A stretch of 51,249 bases of DNA from an uncultured Bacilli bacterium (GTDB taxonomy: Bacteria; Bacillota_I; Bacilli_A; RF39; UBA660). A program made the position numbers and the translations under genes. The first letter of the stretch is position 1, and each line of letters opens with the position of its first letter. Below the pieces are notes generated by a model. The model was not told the DNA's origin. It made no database searches and saw only the letters and a program-made list of their open reading frames with translations. The stretch is taken from positions 1-51,249 of the forward strand of contig CALVHI010000003.1 of NCBI GenBank assembly GCA_944327365.1, read 5' to 3'. Below, piece after piece: positions 19,116 to 29,041 of this stretch.

Positions 19116-20434
19116 GTTGAATCCTCCTTAAAAGTATGTTCAAATGGTTCCATATAATCAAAATTCAAAATCCCATAAATTTTATTTGCTTTACTCTTGT
19201 TTATCTGTTTTTTTATTTCATTTAAATTATCAGCGGTTATAATTTTTTCTTCCGGAATTCTTGCTAGTAACAAGCGTTTTTTTATGTTTTCTTTATCAAT
19301 CCCTACAGCATATATTTTATTTAAAGTATTATTATTTAATAATTCAAATTCAATATCATATAACCATGATACATCAAAGTGATTGTATCTTCTACTAATT
19401 TCTTTCCATCCAATAATTATATCTTTTAAATCTTTATCTAAGTATACTTTATATACACACTGATTGTAGGTTGTAGCATTTTCAGCTTTACAATTTAACC
19501 CTTTGTATAATTTTCCCTTTTTTATAAACTCTAAATTTTTGTTTTGATTATGTTTGTTGATCCCTTGACATATTGCTTCTTCATCAAGGCCTAAAGATAT
19601 TAAAAGCGTATAACATTCTAACGTATTATAGGCATTAAATATCATATCTCCACCAATATTATAAGTTTTGTCATTAATTGAAATTGTTTTTTCCTCTAAA
19701 TTTAAATCTTTGCCGATCACTTCAGGTTTAATCCATTTAAAGTCACATTTAGAGCATGTGTATTTTCCTAATGTTTCAAAGTTATAATAATCATATTTTA
19801 ATAATTCATTACATTTTGGACAGTAGTATGTATTTAGATTTTCAAATAATTGAGTTTGGTATGAATATTTGTTTTTTTCTAGAGTATAATAAATATTTTT
19901 ATTGGGTAAATCAAGTTCAAAGTTTCTTAAGAAGGGTTCATCCATTGGGGTAATGATTGTTGCTGTTTTGGGTATATTTTTTTCTATTTCTTTTAATATG
20001 GCATCAATATGATATTGTCTTGGGGGTTGATCTTTTGTAATATTGGTTATTACTATATAATTTGGATTAATTCCTGTATATACTTCTTTAACATGTCTTT
20101 CATCTACTTCTAAAATTAAAGCATCCGTTTTTATTTTGCCAAATAGATTACAAGCCTCTATACATAGGGTTGAAACCCCATACTTTAAGTTTGAACCAGC
20201 AGTATTAAAACTTACTTTATAGCCATTTTCTTTTAAAACATCGGCAATTAAACGAGAAGTACCTCCCTTTCCTGATGATCCTGTTACTATCACTCTTATA
20301 GGAGGGTATTTTAGCTTGGATAAAATATTTTTATCTACTTTTAAAGCTAGCATGCCTGGCAAAGATGACCCACGATGAAGAAGTTTTCCTACAATTAAAG
20401 TTAGTTTTCCAATTATAATGCTTAATGTTTTCAT
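19109..20434 (-). CDS. MurT-like Mur ligase (DUF1727)
   Basis: GSSLPG, VTGSSGK P-loop, LEVDE, CPKC..CSKC zinc finger, DVSWLYD. Confidence 0.87.
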   Translation of the reverse strand: MKTLSIIIGKLTLIVGKLLHRGSSLPGMLALKVDKNILSKLKYPPIRVIVTGSSGKGGTSRLIADVLKENGYKVSFNTAGSNLKYGVSTLCIEACNLFGKIKTDALILEVDERHVKEVYTGINPNYIVITNITKDQPPRQYHIDAILKEIEKNIPKTATIITPMDEPFLRNFELDLPNKNIYYTLEKNKYSYQTQLFENLNTYYCPKCNELLKYDYYNFETLGKYTCSKCDFKWIKPEVIGKDLNLEEKTISINDKTYNIGGDMIFNAYNTLECYTLLISLGLDEEAICQGINKHNQNKNLEFIKKGKLYKGLNCKAENATTYNQCVYKVYLDKDLKDIIIGWKEISRRYNHFDVSWLYDIEFELLNNNTLNKIYAVGIDKENIKKRLLLARIPEEKIITADNLNEIKKQINKSKANKIYGILNFDYMEPFEHTFKEDSTC

Positions 20435-20549
20435 ATCTACCTCTTGTTATTATTTTATCATTTTTTAGGAGGTTTTTAAATCTATAATTGACAAGAAATT
20501 ATATTTATAGTACTATTTATTCAAGATTTTGTAAAGGAAGTGAAAATAC

Positions 20550-22364
20550 ATGTGTGGAATTGTAGGATATGTAGGAAAAAATAAAGCTATATATTCGTTA
20601 ATTAAAGGACTTAAAACATTAGAATATAGAGGGTATGATTCAGCTGGAGTTGCTCTTATTCAAAATGGGGAAATTATTAGTATAAAAGATAAGGGAAGGA
20701 TTGATCATTTAGAGAATATTTTAGAATATGATAAGTTTACCGGGAATATTGGAATTGCTCATACGAGATGGGCTACTCATGGTATTCCTTCTAAAGAAAA
20801 TGCTCATCCTCATATAGATCAAAATCATCATTTTGCTGTTGTTCATAATGGGATATTAGAAAATTATTTGGAATTAAAGGATTTTTTGTGTAAAGAAGGA
20901 TTTTCTTTTTCATCACAAACTGATACGGAAGTAGTTCCTGTCTTAATGGAATATTATTATCAAAAAGATAAAGATGTAATAAAAGCTTTTCAACATACTT
21001 TGAAAGATTTAAGGGGTAGTTATGGAATCCTTATTATTACACCCCTTCTTCCTGATACTATTTTGGTAGCTAAAAATAATAGTCCCCTTGTTATTGGTAA
21101 AGGATGTGATGGAATATATGTTGCATCTGATGTGCCAGCTATACTCCAGTATACTAATTATTTTTATTTTTTAGAAGACGGGCAAAAAGCAATTATACAC
21201 GATGATGTTATTACGTTTTATGACTCTAAGTTTCATGAAATTTCTAAACAAAGTAAAAAAATAGATTGGGAAATGGATGCGATAGATAAAAATGGGTATG
21301 AAGATTATATGTTAAAAGAAATTCATGAACAACCGGAAGCATTTAAAAATACTTTAAATGGAATTATTTCTGCTCATGAACCTATTCACTTTTTAGAGTT
21401 TTCATTAGATAAAAAATATTTAGAACAATTAAAGCAAATATATATTGTTGCATGTGGTACGGCAATGCATGCAGGTTTAGTTGGGAAATATGCGATTGAA
21501 CGGTTGTGTCGAATTCCAGTTATAGTTGAAGTGGCTAGTGAATTTAGATATCAAGATCCAATACTTGATGAACAAACTTTATGTATTTTTATTAGTCAAT
21601 CTGGGGAAACAGCAGATACGATTGCAGCATTAAAGCTTGCAAGAGAAAGGAAAGCTAAAACGATTGCTATATCAAATGTTTTTGAATCTTCAATTACAAG
21701 AGAAGCAAAATATACAATTTACACACATGCTGGGCCAGAGATTGCGGTTGCTTCTACTAAAGCTTATATTGCTCAGGTAGGTATTATGGTTAGTCTTGCA
21801 CTTTATATGAAAGAGGTATTAGAAGGTGTAAATGATGAGATCATAGCTTTAAAAAGAGATATAATTGAAATACCAAGATTGATGGAAGAAGTATTTAAAA
21901 ATGAAGATATGTTTAAAGAACTTGCTCATAGAATGAGTAAAGAGACTGATTTATTTTATATAGGTAGAGGAAATGATTATCATACAGCGATGGAAGGGTC
22001 TTTAAAATTAAAAGAAATTAGTTATATACATAGTGAAGCATATCCAGCTGGGGAACTGAAACATGGGCCAATTGCTTTAATCGATAAGGGGACTTATGTT
22101 TTTGGAATTCTTACGGATGCACAAGTATATGAAAAGACATTTAGTAATTTAGAAGAAGTTAAATCAAGGGGAGCTAATATTATTTTAGTTACGAATCAAG
22201 ATATTAAGGGTGATAATGTGATTACCATTCCTAATATAGATCCAATTCTAAGCCCAATACTTGCAATCATTCCTTTACAGTTTATAGCGTATTATATAGC
22301 CAAAGAAAAAGGCTTAGATGTTGATAAGCCTAGGAATTTAGCTAAGTCTGTTACCGTAGAATAA
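20550..22364 (+). CDS. glmS: Glutamine-fructose-6-phosphate transaminase
   Basis: MCGIVG, LEYRGYDSAG, HTRWATHG, SQSGETADT, PRNLAKSVTVE. Confidence 0.99.
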   Translation: MCGIVGYVGKNKAIYSLIKGLKTLEYRGYDSAGVALIQNGEIISIKDKGRIDHLENILEYDKFTGNIGIAHTRWATHGIPSKENAHPHIDQNHHFAVVHNGILENYLELKDFLCKEGFSFSSQTDTEVVPVLMEYYYQKDKDVIKAFQHTLKDLRGSYGILIITPLLPDTILVAKNNSPLVIGKGCDGIYVASDVPAILQYTNYFYFLEDGQKAIIHDDVITFYDSKFHEISKQSKKIDWEMDAIDKNGYEDYMLKEIHEQPEAFKNTLNGIISAHEPIHFLEFSLDKKYLEQLKQIYIVACGTAMHAGLVGKYAIERLCRIPVIVEVASEFRYQDPILDEQTLCIFISQSGETADTIAALKLARERKAKTIAISNVFESSITREAKYTIYTHAGPEIAVASTKAYIAQVGIMVSLALYMKEVLEGVNDEIIALKRDIIEIPRLMEEVFKNEDMFKELAHRMSKETDLFYIGRGNDYHTAMEGSLKLKEISYIHSEAYPAGELKHGPIALIDKGTYVFGILTDAQVYEKTFSNLEEVKSRGANIILVTNQDIKGDNVITIPNIDPILSPILAIIPLQFIAYYIAKEKGLDVDKPRNLAKSVTVE

Positions 22365-22394
22365 AAGAACTGAGTTTCAAGTTTCAGTTCTTTT
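22363..22394. terminator. Bidirectional terminator
   Basis: aaaagaactga / tcagttctttt between convergent genes. Confidence 0.75.
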
Positions 22395-23542
22395 TATGTT
22401 AATAAAAATGTATCAGAATTAAAATAAGTGATATTTCCTATTAATAAAACTTTATCAATTTTATTATCATTTATAAATTCATTTAAATTAAATTTTTCTC
22501 CCATTTCATCTTCGTAATATCTTAAATCTATGTTATATGTTTTATTAAAGTGACTGGCAAGTAATTCTGTAATTGCATTATCGAAGGAATCACCAATTAT
22601 TAAAAGATTTTCTTTCTCTTCTTGATGATAATCAATTTCAACTAAACTTGTATCCATACCATAAAAATTTCCATAAAGATTCATTTCTGATAACTTATTA
22701 TCAAAATATTCTAAATATTGTCCATATTCATTTAATACCTCATCATTCATGTAAACTTCATGTTCTGGAAAATCATACCGATAAGCACAAAATGGTTCTT
22801 TTAAGATTAATTGCCCTCCTATATTTCTTGCTTTGGAACCACTCCAATTAAAGTTTAAACAAGCTTCTTTGCTTGGACTCATCGCATTATTTAATCCCAA
22901 TAATTCAACTATTTGTTGGTATCCTTTATAGGAGCCTTTATAATTCCAGTGATGGTCAGTTTTAAAATAATATTCTTTAAATTCAGATATATTATTAATT
23001 TCGAATTTAGCAGTCTTAATATTTTCAGTTAATCCACTAATTAAATACTCGTAAACTCCTATTTTTTTGTTATTTTCAAAATTTATATCATTATCTTTTT
23101 CTATGTAATATAAATAAAATTCAACATTTGGATTTTCTTGTGTTTTTTCATTATAATTGACAATTCTATTGTCTAATACATTTTTAAATTCATCTATATT
23201 ATCAGTATTATAAATTAAATAGTCATCTTTTAAGTAAAGATTAGATCCCATGCTAATTTTATCTTTATCATCATAAAATGGATAATATATTCTGGATAAT
23301 ACGCTAATAGTTTTATTGGCAAGTTTCATGGTTCCTGCTAGAGGAATTTGGTCTGCTAGAGCTAGTTCAAAATTATCTTGATAAGTTTTATCAAGTAAAC
23401 TTTCAATAGAAAGCTTTGGTATTTGATTAGCGCTTCTATTTTCTAAGTAATTATAATTTCTTGGTCTAACTATTGGAACTAAGAGTCCTCCTAATAAAAT
23501 TGCTATTAATGCTATGATAAATAATTTGTCTTCAAGTTTCAA
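22394..23542 (-). CDS. DHHW family (AlgJ-like) O-acyltransferase partner
   Basis: N-terminal TM, ENR motif, YFKTDHHWNYKG, IIGDSF. Confidence 0.88.
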   Translation of the reverse strand: MKLEDKLFIIALIAILLGGLLVPIVRPRNYNYLENRSANQIPKLSIESLLDKTYQDNFELALADQIPLAGTMKLANKTISVLSRIYYPFYDDKDKISMGSNLYLKDDYLIYNTDNIDEFKNVLDNRIVNYNEKTQENPNVEFYLYYIEKDNDINFENNKKIGVYEYLISGLTENIKTAKFEINNISEFKEYYFKTDHHWNYKGSYKGYQQIVELLGLNNAMSPSKEACLNFNWSGSKARNIGGQLILKEPFCAYRYDFPEHEVYMNDEVLNEYGQYLEYFDNKLSEMNLYGNFYGMDTSLVEIDYHQEEKENLLIIGDSFDNAITELLASHFNKTYNIDLRYYEDEMGEKFNLNEFINDNKIDKVLLIGNITYFNSDTFLLT

Positions 23543-23560
23543 ATGAATTCACCTCTTTAT

Positions 23561-24982
23561 TTAAAATCTAAAATAGATAAATGGATTGTACATACTGCTT
23601 ACTAAGAAAGATATACATACAACAAATAATCCTAATAAAACTAATTTTTTAATAATTCCATACCATCTTTTACCTATTAATTTGTCATCTAGTTTCTTCA
23701 TTATATTTAAACTAAAGAAGAAAGCGAACGGTAGTAAAACTAGCGATAATATAATATCTGGATTACTTGCTATTAAATTGTTTAAAGTAATGGTTGATGA
23801 ACTATTTAATAATAATGCTATATCACTTAGGTTATTTACTCTAAATAAAACCCATCCAATATTAATTAAAATAAATGTTATAGCAAAACCTACTAAATAT
23901 GGTGTTTTGTTTATTATCTTTTTTAATACTGTTTTTTCTAATATTAAAATTACGAAAAAATATAAGCCCCATAAAATAAAGTTCCAAGCTGCTCCATGCC
24001 ATAATCCTGTTAAAAACCACACAATTAACATATTTAAAATCCATCTTTTTGTACTTACCCTGTTTCCACCGAGTGGGATATATAAATATTCCCTAAAAAA
24101 GGTAGTTAAACTAATATGCCATCTTTTCCAGAAGTCAGTAATACTTTTAGATATGTATGGATAATTAAAGTTTTCTAAGAATTCAAATCCAAAGATACGT
24201 CCTAATCCAATTGCCATATCACTATATCCTGAAAAATCAAAATATATTTGGAAGGTGTAAGCTAGAATACCTAAAATAATTACTGGATAAGAAAGACCTG
24301 CTAGAGCGCTGTTGTCAAATACGGCATCGGCTAGTATTGCCATTTGATTGGCAATTAAAACTTTTTTGGCTAAACCTATCAAGAATCTTTCTGTTCCTGA
24401 TACAACTTTTTCTAAACTTTCTTGTCTATGATCTAATTGATCCTCAATGGTTTCATATCTAACAATCGGACCAGCAATAAGTTGCGGAAAAAAGGAAACG
24501 TATAATGATAAGTTAAACCAACTTTTTTGGACTTTGATATTTTTCCAATATAAATCAATAACATATGATAGAATTTGAAAGGTATAAAAACTAATACCAA
24601 TTGGTAAAACTATATTTTTTATTTCGATATTACTATTAAATATACTATTAATATTATCGATAATAAAGTTTGTATATTTAAAGAATATTAAACTTCCGAT
24701 AATTAATACGATTGATACAATTAGTGTGAGCCTCTTTAATTTCTTGTTTTTCTTCTCATCAAAATAATTAATTAATAATCCACTAAAATAACTTACTGTT
24801 ACAGTAAGTAACATTAAAATAATATATTTTGGTTCTCCCCAAGCATAAAATACTAAAGAGAAAATTAACAAAATAATATTTCTTAACTTCTTAAATTTTC
24901 TTGGTGTTATAAAATATAAGATTAAGCATAATGGTAGAAAATAAAATATAAATGTTAAACTACTAAATACCATGTTTTTCAC
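23561..24982 (-). CDS. MBOAT O-acyltransferase (AlgI-like)
   Basis: LPIGISFYTFQ, FFPQLIAGPIVRY, YFDFSGYSDMAIG, FWKRWHISL, TGLWHGA. Confidence 0.95.
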   Translation of the reverse strand: MKNMVFSSLTFIFYFLPLCLILYFITPRKFKKLRNIILLIFSLVFYAWGEPKYIILMLLTVTVSYFSGLLINYFDEKKNKKLKRLTLIVSIVLIIGSLIFFKYTNFIIDNINSIFNSNIEIKNIVLPIGISFYTFQILSYVIDLYWKNIKVQKSWFNLSLYVSFFPQLIAGPIVRYETIEDQLDHRQESLEKVVSGTERFLIGLAKKVLIANQMAILADAVFDNSALAGLSYPVIILGILAYTFQIYFDFSGYSDMAIGLGRIFGFEFLENFNYPYISKSITDFWKRWHISLTTFFREYLYIPLGGNRVSTKRWILNMLIVWFLTGLWHGAAWNFILWGLYFFVILILEKTVLKKIINKTPYLVGFAITFILINIGWVLFRVNNLSDIALLLNSSSTITLNNLIASNPDIILSLVLLPFAFFFSLNIMKKLDDKLIGKRWYGIIKKLVLLGLFVVCISFLVSSMYNPFIYFRF

Positions 24983-24986
24983 TCCT

Positions 24987-26132
24987 TCAATTTAATACAA
25001 ATACATTTGATGTATAATAATCAATATTTCCTATTAATAAAACTTTATCAATATCATGTTCACTTATAAACTCGTTTAAATTAAACTCTTGACCTATATC
25101 TTCCTCATAAGCCCTTAAATCGACATTATATGTTTTATTGAAATGACTTGCTAATAATTCGTTAATAGCATTGTCATAGGATTCTCCTATAATTAGTAAA
25201 TTTTCTTTATTCTCTTGATGATAATTAAATTCTAATAAACCAACATCTCCTCCATAAAAAATTCCGTATGAAACTTCACTTCCTGAACCATTAAAAAATT
25301 CTTCGTATTTACCATAATTATTTGCAGATTCATTATTTATGAAAATGGTGTGTTCTGGAAAATTGAATTTATAAGCACAAAATTCTTCTTTAAATATTTG
25401 TTGGCCTCCAAAAGCTCGTGCTTTAGATCCACTCCAATTTAAATTTAAACATACTTCATCATCTGGAGTAATTATATTGTCTAACCCCATTAATTCAGTT
25501 AATTCTTGATACCCTTTATAGGAGCCTTTATAATTCCAATGATGATCTGTCCTATAGAAATATTCTTTATATTTATCAATGTTATTAATTTCGAATTTAG
25601 CCGCTTTTATTGTTGGATTCAAGTTTTCAATTATATATTCGTAAGCTCCCAATTTGTCGTTATCTTCAAAATTAATATCTGTATCTTTTTCAATATAATA
25701 TAGGTAAAATTCCACATCTGGATTTTGCTCTTTTTTTAAACTAAAATTTGAAATTTTTATATCTAATTGAGGAATTTTGGATTTTAGACTTCCTCTTCCA
25801 TAAGTTATATAATTTTCAATCAGATAGATTCCACTTCCTAAGCTTACGTAATTATTATTACTTATATTTGAATAAGCTAATGTTAATAGTATGTTAAAAG
25901 TTTTATTTGTTAATTTCATGTTACCTGCTAACGGGATTTGATCTGCAAGAGCTAACTCAAAATCATCTTGGTAAGTTTTGTCTAAAATAGTTGTTAAGCT
26001 CAATTCGGGTATTTGATTAGCTTCTCGATTTTCTAAATAGTTTGTCTCCTTTGGAAATAGAATGGGTTTTACTAATCCACCGAGCATTATTAACACAATG
26101 ATTAATATAAATAATTTATCCTCTATTTTCAT
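24987..26132 (-). CDS. DHHW family protein, second paralog
   Basis: FYRTDHHWNYKG and IIGESY; collinear with 22394..23542. Confidence 0.88.
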   Translation of the reverse strand: MKIEDKLFILIIVLIMLGGLVKPILFPKETNYLENREANQIPELSLTTILDKTYQDDFELALADQIPLAGNMKLTNKTFNILLTLAYSNISNNNYVSLGSGIYLIENYITYGRGSLKSKIPQLDIKISNFSLKKEQNPDVEFYLYYIEKDTDINFEDNDKLGAYEYIIENLNPTIKAAKFEINNIDKYKEYFYRTDHHWNYKGSYKGYQELTELMGLDNIITPDDEVCLNLNWSGSKARAFGGQQIFKEEFCAYKFNFPEHTIFINNESANNYGKYEEFFNGSGSEVSYGIFYGGDVGLLEFNYHQENKENLLIIGESYDNAINELLASHFNKTYNVDLRAYEEDIGQEFNLNEFISEHDIDKVLLIGNIDYYTSNVFVLN

Positions 26133-26184
26133 CTTTTTTCCTCCATGTCACTTATTTTAACATATTAAATATTGTTAGTATAGA

Positions 26185-26745
26185 TTAATTTATTTTTTTT
26201 ACTTTTCTTTTATTAACTAAATATTGATTTTCGGCTAATCTTAGTAGTGGCATATCCGATAAGCTGTCTGAATAAGCATCTTTTATTTTAATGTTAGGAT
26301 ATTTTTTAAATAATCTGTTTACTTTTTCTTTGCCATAGCAGTTTTTACTAATGAAATCTCCATTACTTTTATTTACTTCTGTTGCTATTACATCTTTAAC
26401 TTTTAAAAGTTTTCCAATTGGTGCTATTAAAAAACTTGGAGATGCGCTAATAATTATATCTTTAGAATGATCTTTTGCTAAATACCATTTTTTAATCTTC
26501 TTATTATGTTTATCCCAAAATGATTTTACATGAGTATCTAAATCATCTATCTCTCTTAAAAAGGAGAAAAAGGTCTCTTTCATTTCTTCTTTACTAATTT
26601 TTTTAGTTTTATATTTTATGATAGCAATAATATCTTTTGGAATATATTTAATAAAAAGCCAATTTTTAGTGATAGAAAATAAGAAAAAGTCTACACTGGA
26701 ATCACCATCATATATTGCTTTGTCAAAGTCATATAAGTTATACAC
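26185..26745 (-). CDS. HAD-IB family phosphatase
   Basis: YDFDKAIY motif I, ISASP motif II, NCYGKEK, AYSDSLSDMPL motif IV. Confidence 0.9.
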   Translation of the reverse strand: MYNLYDFDKAIYDGDSSVDFFLFSITKNWLFIKYIPKDIIAIIKYKTKKISKEEMKETFFSFLREIDDLDTHVKSFWDKHNKKIKKWYLAKDHSKDIIISASPSFLIAPIGKLLKVKDVIATEVNKSNGDFISKNCYGKEKVNRLFKKYPNIKIKDAYSDSLSDMPLLRLAENQYLVNKRKVKKIN

Positions 26746-26751
26746 GTTTTA

Positions 26752-27609
26752 TCACCTTATTACATATAATGTTAAAAATATTGCAATTGCGTATATTCCT
26801 ATTAATAAAATTAATACTTTGTCTTTTAATAAGACTTCTACTGGATCACCTAAACTATTTGATTCAATGTTAAGTGAATACTTCATACATATTAGTAATA
26901 CTACAGGGATTGTCCACATAATATATTTAGAATTCAAGTCTTGACACCATAATGAATAAAAAATAATAGTCATACTTAAACACATGTACATATTTTTATC
27001 TAAAAATTCTTTGTTATAGTATTTTAAAACACTTCTTGTATTATTTCCGATTGATTCTTGAGCCATTAATTCATTTCTTCTTTTTCCTAACCCTAAGTAG
27101 AATGAAATGGATAATACAGTTAAGAATAACCATGTTGATACTTCAACATTAATTATAGCTCCACCATATAGTACCCTTATTAAAAAGCCTAGTGCTAGAA
27201 TAAATACATCTAATAAAGGAATATTTTTTAGGCCGAAGCTATACATTATATTCAATAAAATATAGCTGATGATATATATACTTATAAAATGGTTATATGT
27301 GCTTAAATATATTAAAATTGCTATCGTAATTATTAAAAATAATCCAGCAATTGTTAAGGCATTTGGTATTGAAATTGTTCCAGCTGCAATTGGTCTATTT
27401 TTCTTGGTGGGATGATTTTTATCTTTCTCTTTATCTCTAATATCATTTATAATATAAATAATAGAAGATGCTAAAGAAAAACTGATAAATCCAAGAATAG
27501 TAAGAATTATATTAGATTGGTTAATTTCTCGGCTAAATATTAGTGGCAAAAATATAAGCAAGTTCTTAATCCAATGCTTTACTCTTATTAGTTTTAGGTA
27601 TTTTTTCAT
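26752..27609 (-). CDS. UbiA family polyprenyl-phosphate phosphoribosyltransferase
   Basis: RVKHWIKN, YIINDIRDKEKDKNHPTKKNRPIAAG, GKRRNE. Confidence 0.92.
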   Translation of the reverse strand: MKKYLKLIRVKHWIKNLLIFLPLIFSREINQSNIILTILGFISFSLASSIIYIINDIRDKEKDKNHPTKKNRPIAAGTISIPNALTIAGLFLIITIAILIYLSTYNHFISIYIISYILLNIMYSFGLKNIPLLDVFILALGFLIRVLYGGAIINVEVSTWLFLTVLSISFYLGLGKRRNELMAQESIGNNTRSVLKYYNKEFLDKNMYMCLSMTIIFYSLWCQDLNSKYIMWTIPVVLLICMKYSLNIESNSLGDPVEVLLKDKVLILLIGIYAIAIFLTLYVIR

Positions 27610-29041
27610 TTTTAACCTCCCAATATTTTATTAAGTCAAATAATCCTCCAGTTGCTAAAATACATATAATTGGCTGTACTGCATACATATATCTATTTTG
27701 AGCTTCTACTAATATAAGTAATAACAAGCTACCAAATAAAATCAAATATAATAAAAATTTTTTTAAATTACTATTTCGAATACTGACAAGACCAAATGCC
27801 ATTAGTGTTACTAAAATAATAAAATAATCATTATTAATTGGTTTAATCGTGTCTTCTAAAATATTAGATGCATCAATATATTCTTTTGCATTTATTGAAT
27901 TTATAACCCATGTTATTTTAGAGTTATCATTGCCAAAAATTATCGTAGCCTTATTGTCAAAAAAGTTTGGATCTAAAAGTGTACTATCTTTACTAAATAA
28001 TCTGTTTTTTAACAATTTTATTATCTCCTCATTTGCTTTATCGTAATCGTAGTTATTTTCTCTTATCGCGGTATAATATTCACCATATAACTCTGCGTTA
28101 TATCTACCATCACCATTTAAACCAACGTTTAAGTAACAGGGGGTAATGTTTCTTGCTACTTCATGACCGGCAATATGATCAATTTCCATAAAAATTAAAT
28201 TTTTACTAATAAGCATACTTATTAAAATTATCATTACTGCACCTAAGTTATTTAATATGTAAGTTTTTAAATATTCCTGTTTAAATCCTTTAAGAAAGTA
28301 GTATATTATGAAAGCTATGATAAATGCCGGTGCAAAATTTTTAAAGAAAGTACTTAATCCTAAACTTATACCTATTAATATAAAACTAATTATTTTTTTC
28401 TTATTTAGTGTAATTTTATCACTTTTTTCTGTTATTAGAAATAGCCATAAAATTAGTAAAAGTAATAATAAGCAAAAATGCTCTTGACTAAAAATTAGGG
28501 TATATAAAATGTTGGATGGCCATAATATGTAAAATAAACTTGATATAAATCCGTATGTTTTGTTATTAAAAATTAAAAATGAGACTTTATAGACCAATAA
28601 GGAAGATATGATTAATATAATGGCGTTTGTAAGTAATGCTACTAATTGAGAACTGCCAAATATTTGATAAATACCATGAACCATGGTAGGATATAGAATC
28701 CAATGAGTAAAAATTCGATAATAATCACTTGAAAAATCCATAATGTTCGATGCATTTAAAGCTCCTCCAAAATCTGATACTTGAACTAAATGGTTTTCAA
28801 ATAATAATACTATTCCTATTCTTGTTATAATTGCTAACAGTAATATTATCCAGGGAAAATATTTTTCTTTAATGTGTATCTTTTTGAGTATTTTACTTTT
28901 TTTGTATATAAATAGTAATAGTAATAAAATTGTTACAAAAATTACTACAATTTTTAAATCTGAAATTCCATATGAAGTTGGATATATTAGAAATAAAAAA
29001 GCAAAAATGTATAATAATACTGTTAATATTTTATCTTTCAT
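27566..29041 (-). CDS. GT-C fold membrane glycosyltransferase
   Basis: Multi-TM; QVSDF, YYRIFTHW, LNVGLN, LVEAQNRY motifs similar to 6858..9032. Confidence 0.75.
   Translation of the reverse strand: MKDKILTVLLYIFAFLFLIYPTSYGISDLKIVVIFVTILLLLLFIYKKSKILKKIHIKEKYFPWIILLLAIITRIGIVLLFENHLVQVSDFGGALNASNIMDFSSDYYRIFTHWILYPTMVHGIYQIFGSSQLVALLTNAIILIISSLLVYKVSFLIFNNKTYGFISSLFYILWPSNILYTLIFSQEHFCLLLLLLILWLFLITEKSDKITLNKKKIISFILIGISLGLSTFFKNFAPAFIIAFIIYYFLKGFKQEYLKTYILNNLGAVMIILISMLISKNLIFMEIDHIAGHEVARNITPCYLNVGLNGDGRYNAELYGEYYTAIRENNYDYDKANEEIIKLLKNRLFSKDSTLLDPNFFDNKATIIFGNDNSKITWVINSINAKEYIDASNILEDTIKPINNDYFIILVTLMAFGLVSIRNSNLKKFLLYLILFGSLLLLILVEAQNRYMYAVQPIICILATGGLFDLIKYWEVKNEKIPKTNKSKALD

Noticed and set aside
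20435-20549. glmS ribozyme upstream of glmS
   Set aside because: The gap is only 115 bp, is shared with the divergent murT promoter, and lacks the ribozyme core sequence
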